From Octopus bimaculoides (taxonomy: Eukaryota), in assembly GCF_001194135.2 (NCBI RefSeq), contig NC_068989.1, positions 417,824 through 481,823 of the forward strand: a stretch of DNA of 64,000 nt, read 5' to 3'. The notes beneath the pieces are model-generated. The model was not told where the DNA came from, did not search any database, and saw only the letters and a program-made list of their open reading frames with translations. Positions 54,749 through 64,000 of the stretch are shown here, piece by piece. A program made the translations under genes and the position numbers. Numbering within the stretch: position 1 is the stretch's first letter; every line of letters begins with the position of its first letter.

Positions 54749-55807
54749 TATCTTATCAATCATGTTGGTCTGAATTCTTTCTTTGCAGATACTTACAGCA
54801 TCAAGCTCTTACCTAGATAACCCTGTTTTATCTCCGTCGTTGCACAACCGATTCAAATAAGCCAGCTTCCTTCAGCTGGCAACATATGTTCGAGCAGATT
54901 TAGTCAAGGTTACTCAACAACAAAAGCTTTCACAGGATTTGAAATATCAGGGATTTTTATTTTGTGACGCATTAATAATTAACCTATAATCTATCTCAGC
55001 AACATCAAAAACGACAAAACTAAAAGGCATTTGCTCCAATTAAGAACTGATTTTTCTCTCATGGCTTGTCAGTTCTTAATTTTTCAATTCAGATTACACA
55101 CTAATGTTGTTCCACTCTTCCTGTAACTATAGAGATATTTCATTGAAGACATAAGCAGACACAACACTGTAATTTATAAAAGTCATACGCATTGGTTTAT
55201 AAGCACATCACTACACTGATTCCATCATCACTGCTTACACTAAATAGAAGAACGATGTCTATGAGATAACTGCTATCTTTCTGAGCATCTTAGACACAAA
55301 TATTTACAAAATATCAAGTCAACAGTGATGTGATATGGTAGAGGTGAGCAGATAGAAGAAAACAATTAGAAAGCAGCAGCTCAGAGAGTAGTGCCTTAGT
55401 TAGAAGAGTGATGGAAGGGTAGGTATTAGGAAGATGAACTAGGAGATGGATGGGTGTTACAAAAGTGGTTTGGTGAGGGCTGCAGGGATAGATTAGGTGC
55501 AGGGGCATAAATATAAACAACATGCATATAGTTTAATGTTTTTGACACTTTTATCAACATTAATAGTGGACAAAGAATAAAACAATTAGATGGACAACCC
55601 CCCNNNNNNNNNNGAACTCCATTTGACAATTACTATGTCATTGTTTTATGTGAAGAAAATTTAGAATACAATCAGTGATTTGTAGAGAATTCATGAGCTA
55701 AACATCTTGTCAAGAGAACCAAAATTGAAGACCTTGTTCTTAGAATGAACTTATTTCTATGATTCTTAGGATTTGTGGAGAGAGGATGGTTCTGACAGAA
55801 ATGATTA

Positions 55808-55955
55808 TGATAGAGATGTTACTGATGATGATGATGTTGAATCTTATCAAATCATCATCATCATCATCATCGTTTAGCGTCCGCTTGAAACGATGATGAT
55901 GATGATGATGATTTGATAAGATTCAACATCATCATCATCAGTAACATCTCTATCA
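55808..55955. repeat. Perfect 68-bp inverted repeat with a 12-nt loop
   Basis: Arms 55808-55875 and 55888-55955 are exact reverse complements, including (ATC)7. Confidence 0.95.
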
Positions 55956-57139
55956 AAATATTGCAGTTAAATGGTTCAATGCATTTGTAAATTGTTGCTC
56001 TTCATATTTTAACACATTTTCAATGTTTTATTTTGAAATGATTAACTATGAATTATTGGTTAAAGGGTATAATTATTGGGTATAAAAAAAAAAACGAAAA
56101 AAAACACCCAAAATCTAGTTCCAACCATTGGCTAAAATGTAAGGCAACAACAACAACAACAACCACTCAATTACCAACAATTATGTGTTAATACAGTGAC
56201 TTCATTCAAATTATTGATTTTTGTTTTTGAAATTAACTTTTGAGAGCTGCTGCTGCTGCCATTGGCGGTGGTGGTGATGGTGGCATTGTAAAGTTGATGG
56301 TGCTGACCATTATTTCATTCCAACAAGTCCCATTAACCGTTCATCAACTTAGCACTCATTGGTTGGAACTAAGCCAGTTGCCGGAGAAAAGTGGTAAAAA
56401 CTGAGCAGAGAAGCTGCATAACGAGAAGAAGGAAGTGTCGAGAAAAAAGCTGGATGCAACAAACATAATGGTGGTGCTCCAGCATGGCCACAGCCTTTGT
56501 GCTGGAACACAAAGAAATGAGGAACACTACAAAAAACATTGTACAAATACAAGAGCTTCCTACAATACCACAAAAAAGATACAAAAACAAAAAATATCAA
56601 AATAATGTACAAATATATTTAGAGCAGTAAGAGCACCATATTTGGTCAACACAAGAAACAGTTGAGCCAATGGGAAAGCATCTATGGGATTGGTTGACCT
56701 GATGAAAATAGCAGCCTAATGTCTCTCAAAACATACACACATGTCTCCCATTTTAAGAAATAGACACAGAGGACCATAAAGTCCTTGATATATATAAAAA
56801 GAGGTGATTGTCTTGACTGGACAGTCTATGAGATATATTTGATGAAGTCTAATCTAGAACTAAAACATAAAAAAACACTAATCTATCGACAATAGATTAA
56901 AAAAGGATTATGAAAGTCTTGTCTGAAACTTTAATCTCTCTCCTACAAACTATTACAATAAACACAAAACAATGCATTTCACATTATTAGGGGCTGCACA
57001 ATAATCAAAAACCATTTTTAAAGAACTTCCAGGCTATGCAAGGGTCATAGTTTGATTATTACAACAAGCTGCAATCCGCATAGGCCCTGCTGCTACATTC
57101 TTCATAATAGTCGAATATCTACAGCAGAACTGCAATACT

Positions 57140-57350
57140 GGTTTCTAATTTTGGCACAAGGCCAGAAATTTCAGGGGAGTTAAACCGATCATATTGACAC
57201 CAGTTTTCAACTGGTACTTATTTTATCGACCCCTGAAGGATGAAAGGTAAGGTGAACCTCAGCAGCATCTGAACTCAGAACATAAAGAGAGATGAAATGC
57301 CACTAAGCGTTTTGCCTGGCACTGTCACAATTCTGGCAGCTCACTGCCTT
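57140..57350 (-). mobile_element. SINE family A copy
   Basis: Reverse complement of family A. Confidence 0.75.
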
Positions 57351-58336
57351 CTTCTGAACTAAAATATTAAAACCCTATCCTTATTCAGTGAAGACAGTCA
57401 CAAAAGCTGTGGCATCAATGACTTCATTTTCACCCAAACACTGTAATGGGATAAATACAGCTAAAGTTAAGGGCAAAACACTGCTTGAGCTAATGAAAGA
57501 ATCTCTATGTAACTGAGTGAGAAATATCAGCGAAATTTCCCTCAGCTTGAACCCCACTGCCATAAAAAGAAACATATTGGATATGTTGGAATAAAAGATT
57601 AGACAATCACAGCTGGAACACATGTGATCATAAAACATACTCAATGAGGTTGAAATGCAGTGAAGCTTTCAGCATCCACCTAAGTGAAGGTTTTGTTTCC
57701 ATCATAAACAGTCCACAGTGGAAGTGGTATTCCTCATGTAAGTATGATCATTCTCACTATATATGTCCTTATGCTTAAGCATCTTCTCACCATAACACTT
57801 CTGTCATTTTTGTATATCAACGGATACAATTATCTAACATAAGTTTTCCTATTTATGCAATAGAGTGTGTGATTTGAGGGTGTCTTAACTGCTATTTCTA
57901 GCATATCAAACAACTGCATTGAGATCCCCTCGTTAGTTTCTATGAACATCAGTAATGTAAATTGTACTAAGGTTGATTCAATGAAATATCAAACACGTCC
58001 CAATGTAAGAAATCAATGGAAACTTGTACAGGTTATATTCATACAATCAAAATGATGTCATTTATACATAGAGCCAGCCATCCATTATTAGCAATGTTCT
58101 ATCAATAAATATAGCTATGTTACCAGATGAAAACCAGTTCGTTGTAGAATTGGTCATATTGATAAACAATATAAGTGAAAACAATTGATAAAATATATTG
58201 CCTCTTGTTTCCCACCAGTGAAAAACCTGCTGCATTTGAATTCTGACAAGAAATGAATAAATTTCCATGTTTTGCTATAAATGTTCTGGTTACAATAATC
58301 AATACTATCTTTTTGCTCCTATCCTCCCTTCGTTTA

Positions 58337-58377
<41 letters not shown>

Positions 58378-58568
58378 NNNNNNNNNNNNNNNNNNNNNNN
58401 NNNNNNNNNNNNNNNTGTGTGTGTGTGTGTGTGTGTGTGTGTGCATGTGTGTGTGTGTGTGCATGTGTGTGTGTGCATGTGTGTGTGTGTGTGCTAATTT
58501 ATTTATTAACTGTCAGAACGTTAACGCCTACAAGACACTGTGTGATTAGAGCACATCAAAAAACTTAC

Positions 58569-58709
58569 CCTTGTTATAGGCCGTCACAACAACACGGAAC
58601 CATCCAGGTGTAGGGAAATCTAAAGAGATAAGTGGCCAGGCTGTTTTCACAGATACATTATTAGAGAAGTCCCACTGGTAGGTTAGGTGAGGAAGTTTCT
58701 TGAAGACAT
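58569..58709 (-). CDS. PKD1-like exon 2 (VFKKLPHLTYQWDFSNN...VVVTAYNK), PKD repeat
   Basis: ctctgttttag acceptor, G|gtaagt donor, 141 nt, phase 1-1; YQWDF and TAYN motifs. Confidence 0.92.
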
Positions 58710-59167
58710 CTAAAACAGAGACAAAAACAACAATGGATGAGAATAATAACAACAACAATAACAATAATGATGGCATATACTGATGGGAGAGTAGGGGACA
58801 CAGTTGATTCAGTGAGACCATTGCTTCTGCCACTTTCAATAACAACTGTTTCTAATTTAGTGACAAAGCCCACCAATTTTGAGGGGATGGGGTCAGTTGA
58901 GTACACAACACCAATTCTTTTTTGCCATAGGCACCAAAGAGAGCAAGACTAACCACTCTTCCTGGCCAAAGAATATGTAGGCACATCAAGTCTCATTATA
59001 GATTTCATCAGGTTTAATCTTAGATGCAACATTTCTGTTCAACACCGGCCTTCAAATTTTTAATGTGCAGAAAAGTTTTGTAAGCCTGTGCACATCAACA
59101 ATAGGTTTGGCTATTGCCACTACCATGCTAATACAACTTGTCTTGAACAGGTAATGCCTGGCCATAC

Positions 59168-59270
59168 CAATGAACTTTGGAAGTTGTCCATAGTTCCCAT
59201 CTTGGAAATCCTCCAGAGTAACTGTCCAAATTGTTAGTGATAAAGGGTTTTGATACCAACCTGACAGGGA
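59168..59270 (-). CDS. PKD1-like exon 1 in window (SLSGWYQNPLSLTIWTVTLEDFQDGNYGQLPKFI)
   Basis: ttatttcatag acceptor and G|gtatgg donor. The phase-1 end joins the next exon as D-VFKK. No diagnostic motif, so support is weaker; the ORF track shows another frame. Confidence 0.6.
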
Positions 59271-59564
59271 CTATGAAATAAAGTGATATCAAAGAAAAGT
59301 GATAAAGGTTTCTTATTTGGCACAAGGCCAGCAAGTTTGAATGGAGTAATTGATAGCTTCAAACCCAATGGGCTCTGTACATCAACCTCAAGGCTGCAAC
59401 TGACACCACCAATACCCAGGTGAGCTTATTAGATCAATGTGATCAATCCCCAGTATTTAGTTGGTACTTAACTTTATCAACTCCAGATGGATGAAAGGCA
59501 AAAATAATTTTAGCAGGAGCTAAAACTCAGAATATAGATACCACAAGAGATTTCTAATTTACCT

Positions 59565-59596
<32 letters not shown>

Positions 59597-59829
59597 ATTT
59601 AAGGACAAGGCCAAGAATATTGAGAAATGTGGGGAAGTTAGCTAATAGAAATGATCCTAGTACTTCAGTGGTTCTGTATCTAATTAACCCCAGCAAGATG
59701 AAAGGTAAAGTTTGCAGAAACAGTATATCAAAGAGGGATCATTGCAGCAGAGGTACATGAAAAAGGGGTTAATTGTGGGCGAGGACAACATTTCTCCTCA
59801 ATATTATCTCAATTCTACCAAATCCACCG

Positions 59830-60530
59830 ACTGCCTTGTAGCATAGCTGTTCACACACAGGCATCATACAATCTCCCTTTCACTCTGTGGGAGAGGCCCT
59901 TTGTTGCCAGCAGAGGTAGTTCTCTGAACTTTGTTCAGCCTAATCTTATTCTCACAGCTACACTCTCGGAGCATCTACCTCTGCTACTAGCTTGGTTACC
60001 TAGATAACAGAAGCTATCTACTACCTCTAACTTACTCCCCTAGCAGTTGATGGAGTCTATTTTCTATACATTTTTGGTGTTTATTGTACTTGTGCATTTT
60101 CCACACACAAAAAGCTATTTTCCCTGTTAACTTTCCTCTAATATTTCTGCATCTCTTATGTATCCATAGCTTACACCAGGTACACTTTATGGAGTTTCTA
60201 TCTATACCTTTTTTTAAAGATCGAACAGGGCCATCTACCTGAAGGGATTTGTAATTTGTCTGCCTTCCTACTTACTAAGACTTTGGTTTTTGCTAAGTTA
60301 ACTCTAAGGCCCTTCAATTCTAGACCTTGCTTCCATACCCGAAGCTTCTCCTCTAGTTCTGGTGGTGATTCAGCAATAAGAACAAGGGCATCAGCATAGA
60401 GGAGTTCCCAGGGGCAGCCTGTCTTAAATTCCTGTTATTGCCTGTTATTGCTATGATGAACAAGAGGGGGCTGAGCACTGATCCTTGGTGAATCTCTACT
60501 TGTACCCTGAATTCTTTGCTGTAAGAGTTT
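59830..60530 (-). mobile_element. RTE-clade LINE reverse transcriptase fragment (pseudogenised) with an embedded PHD-type Cys/His finger
   Basis: HQGSVLSPLLF, WELLYADALVLIAES, GLRVNLAKTKVL and LEVVDSFCYLG; frameshifts and stops present. Confidence 0.9.
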
Positions 60531-61316
60531 AAAATTATGTCATTTTAGTCAACCAGAAGCCTCTGATGATGTTGGTGTTGGTGGGGAAATTACTATTACA
60601 CTTTATACAATAACAACATTGGTAACCAACTGCTTTCTCCACCACTAAACTTTGTCTATAATTTTATCATGAGACAAGAGAATGTACATTTAGTATAGAT
60701 CTGTGGTGACCAGTGTTTCAAGGGTTGTGAATTCAATAAAAGATTACATCTGTGGAAAATGATTTGAATTAAAATGTTATTAATAACATTCAAAAAGTGA
60801 AAAGGATTTGGTCCGGTCTCAAACAAGGAAATTCTGGGGCATAATGTTTCATCCGTTTTGTTTTTTAAACATTTTGGTTGCTATTTCTAGCAAGCCAAGA
60901 GACTGAACTTTCTTCTTGGCATTCTATATATTATCTTAGTGCTTTGTTGTCTTATAGGCAAAGAGTTGAGACATCTGCTATGTCAGCCAGAGAGGAAAAA
61001 TTACATTATTTTAAATGCTTATAACTCTTTTATTATTATTATTATTAATTTTTAGAGAAATGAATGTAATTTTCACCTGTGGCAAAAACTACATCAATGT
61101 AGAAAATTTGAAACAAATCTGGCAAAAATTTGAAATAATTCAAGTTGGATGAATTTTAAAAAGATCTGTAAATTTTATGCTATTAAAATACAGCCATTTG
61201 AAGAAGACAGCAGGGAATAAGAAAAATCGACAGAATAGGCAAAGTGCCACAATCATTCCCAATCATTTGAATTTGTTAATTTTTCAGCCTCAGTCCTTTC
61301 TGCAAACAGAACCTCG

Positions 61317-61452
61317 GTTGGCTGGTTGGCTGGTTGGCTGGTTGGTTGGTTGGCTGGTTGGTTGGTTGGCTGGTTGGTTGGTTGGTTGGCTGGTTGGTTG
61401 GCTGGTTGGTTGGTTGGCTGGTTGGTTGGTTGTTGGTTGGCTGGTTGGTTGG
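61317..61452. repeat. Compound (GGTT)n/(GGCT) tetranucleotide microsatellite
   Basis: Direct reading. Confidence 0.9.
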
Positions 61453-62619
61453 ATGCACAGATAGGTTGCTTGTTGGAGATATGTTGGGTTTATTTACATT
61501 CCTGTATCTAGGCAAGCTAGTTGATATGGCAACAAGAAGCCAAGGTTACATTTGTACTCAGTTATGGCTGATATTTACTCTTTTTCTAGAGTTGGTGCAG
61601 ATTTTTCAAATACCCCCACTCACACATCTGACATAGGAAATGGAAGGCGGAGGAAGAAAAGAAAAGAAAAGGAGAAACCAATTGCCAGGAGGGTTAGAAG
61701 GTCAACGAAAGCCCAGCCAGTCTTTCTTCCACTGGCAGCAGGTGACAGGTGCTAGACCAGACTTTAAACTTTCTCATAACGGGAGTAATAAAAAAGAAAG
61801 AAAAAAACAGATGGTGAGAGAGAAGGAAAAGAGAAACAGAAGGCAAAAGTAGATTGGAAAATAAAGATTATAAGACAGGTAAAAATGAGTGAGAATATGA
61901 AAGAGTGAAAGATAGGAGAGAGAGAGAGAGAGTAAAAATGATCATAAAACAGAGAGAGAAGAGAAATATGAGAAAGAAAGAGTAAGAAAGGCTGATTGTA
62001 AGAAAGAAAGAAAGAAAGAGTGAGAGAGTAATAAATAAGAAAATACAGTCAGAGTGGAAATAAAGAAAGAGAAACAAGGGGGAATGGGGGGAAGCCTGAA
62101 TATAGGAAAAATAGAGAAAAATAAAGAAGAGATGTATTTTCAGAGTGAGATTTGCAAATGTTTTTAATGAATGATATTTTAGCATCAGAAATTGTGTTCT
62201 ATTTCTTCTCCAGTGACTAACAGCTAATTCACAGTTTAACATGATACAGGAATCAAAGGAAAACTTTTTGCCTGAAGATCCCTATAAAAATTAAGGGAAT
62301 AAATAAAACAAGATGGAGAATGTATTTATTCATATGATTTTTAGGAAATAATAGTTTTTAGTTTTAGCAGCAGAAGAAACAAAGTCCTGAGTCTTTTTAA
62401 AAAGAATAACATTAACAACAGGAAAACTATAAAAAGTGACTTAGAAATAGTGAAAATACTTTGTCGTATACTAACCAAAACATGCTACGTAATTTTTACA
62501 TCAAATGAGGCACCAGTACACATGCACACACACCTGTGTGTCATTTTATATAAATACATACATAAATGTATTTACATTTATATATTTATGGACCAAATCA
62601 TTGAGATGAATTTCATAAA

Positions 62620-62835
62620 GGTAAAGCTTGATAAAACTCAGTCAAAGAACAAATATAGAATTTGTGGGAAAGAAGATAAAAATATTAACCATTTCTTGAG
62701 CGAATGCAGTAAGCTAGCACAAAAAGAGTATAAGTACAGGAATGAGTGTGTACGCAAAAAAGTGCACTGGGATGTTGGCCGAGTGTGCGGATTCCAAGTG
62801 ACAGAAAAGTGATATGAACAGAAGCCAGCTGCAAT
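62620..62835 (+). mobile_element. REL-endonuclease (R4/R2-superfamily) non-LTR fragment containing the CCHC knuckle
   Basis: YRICGKEDKNINHFLSECSKLAQKEYKYRNECVRKKVHW. Confidence 0.75.
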
Positions 62836-62899
62836 GGAGACTATGGCCATGACTAGTAGAAAGCAACACAGCAGGCATTCTGGCTGCGTCCACATATCA

Positions 62900-63375
62900 G
62901 GATCCATCCAACAATCAATGACCAGTGCCTTAGATGGGTATGTGAAGCTACTAGAGACTGCGGTTAAACACTGGATGGAGAGGGTTTCAATTAAAAGACC
63001 CTATGTGAGGCAGCAAGATTTGGCCCCTTGTCATACCTCCCAGAGATCCCCTAGTTCCCCTGATTATAAACCCATGTGTGGGGCACAGTTGAAAAATGAT
63101 ACCAACCACTCTGCCAAGCTGGTGGTTGAGATGAAGGAGGTGTTCAAAGATCTTCCCAGGGACACAATGAGAAATGCATGTGTCCAAGTTCTGAAGCCAT
63201 CTTTGATGCTGTGTTAGAAGCTGAAGATGGCTATTTTCAGGAAACTGTTATGTCTCATCCCAAATTCTAGTTGATACTTTTTGATTTTTTTTTTTAGATA
63301 CTTTTATTTTGGGATAGGATATTGATTTTTCCTTTTCTTTTTATGTAAACTGCCAAATTTAGCATAACCACCATG
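62900..63375 (+). mobile_element. Second relic of the same DD37D-like family (C-terminal part plus degenerate 3' TIR ending at TA)
   Basis: HWMERVSIKRPYVRQQDLAPCHTS..SPSSPD; the end aatttagcataaccaccatg|ta resembles the reverse complement of the 3297 TIR. Confidence 0.75.
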
Positions 63376-63679
63376 TATACACACACACATCCACTCCCAT
63401 TTTTTCCCTTCTTTCCCCCTCCCACTTTCCTGAACTCCCTACTCACACACTCTGGCCAATTCCCTACCATTCCATTCATATTCACAGCCTTCTGCCTTAT
63501 CTCTCGGCACATTGCCACCATCTATCTCACTCTCTCTCGGGTAACCATGTGTCTCCTCTGCAGCAGGGTTTCTCTCCCTCTGACATACTCTAACCTCTCA
63601 TCACCAGGCACAAGGCCACCTCCCTTAATACATCTCCCTCTCTCAGTTAAGGGATCTTTGTCTGGCAAGTTACTTGCTG

Positions 63680-63815
63680 ACCTCACCAGTGCTGGTGTCA
63701 CATAAAAAGCATCCAGCCATAAAACCCACCCCAAAGCAGTTACCAACTCCAATCAAACCATCGAACCCATTGCCAGCATGAAAAACAGGCATTAAGTGAT
63801 GATGATGACCATGAT
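63680..63815 (+). mobile_element. RTE 3' tail copy
   Basis: gtgtcacataaaaagcatcc...cccattgccagcatg..(gat)n. Confidence 0.65.
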
Positions 63816-63827
63816 ATATGCGCACAC

Positions 63828-63858
<31 letters not shown>

Positions 63859-64000
63859 TGATGTGTGTGAGAGAGTTATTCTGTTGACTTTTTTTTAATC
63901 ACCAGACTTATAAAACCAGTTGCATTTCAATTCGTTTTCAAAATAAAAATTTTGGAGACCATTAAATATGACTTAGTTAAAATAACTGCAACTTTATATA

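Noticed and set aside
57381-57644. 87-aa minus-strand ORF with a good-looking acceptor
   Set aside because: No convincing in-frame donor before the stop, and no domain-like sequence
58062-58268. ORF with an AG acceptor and GT donor nearby, a possible extra exon between exons 2 and 3
   Set aside because: The phase-1 frame has a stop, no PKD motif is present, and exon 2 joins exon 3 directly as TAYNK-V-NTTK
61077-61118. 42-nt AG...GT candidate micro-exon upstream of exon 1
   Set aside because: Its only open frame is phase 1-1 while exon 1 needs phase 0; no supporting motif

Overview
AT-rich eukaryotic genomic scaffold with N-gaps and dense microsatellites. The SINE/LINE repertoire suggests a coleoid cephalopod, probably Octopus (inference from repeat families I recognise, not a database result). 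The window holds the middle of one minus-strand gene for a polycystin-1-family (PKD1/PKD1L-like) receptor. I reconstructed 16 exons (2954 nt, about 984 aa) with GT-AG boundaries and compatible phases at every junction; seven of them are not represented in the correct frame in the ORF track. They encode about nine tandem PKD (Ig-like) repeats followed by the start of the REJ module. Both gene ends lie outside the window or were not recognised. The introns contain decayed RTE, L2/CR1-like, REL-type and Penelope-like retroelements, Tc1/mariner relics and three SINE families. Several long fold-back palindromes and two degenerate hammerhead-like motifs are also present. There is no prokaryotic-type system (CRISPR, operon, rRNA or tRNA gene). 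The most interesting signals are the hairpin/dsRNA-forming elements inside this pre-mRNA, a PHD finger embedded in an RTE reverse transcriptase, and the Penelope-associated ribozyme candidates.
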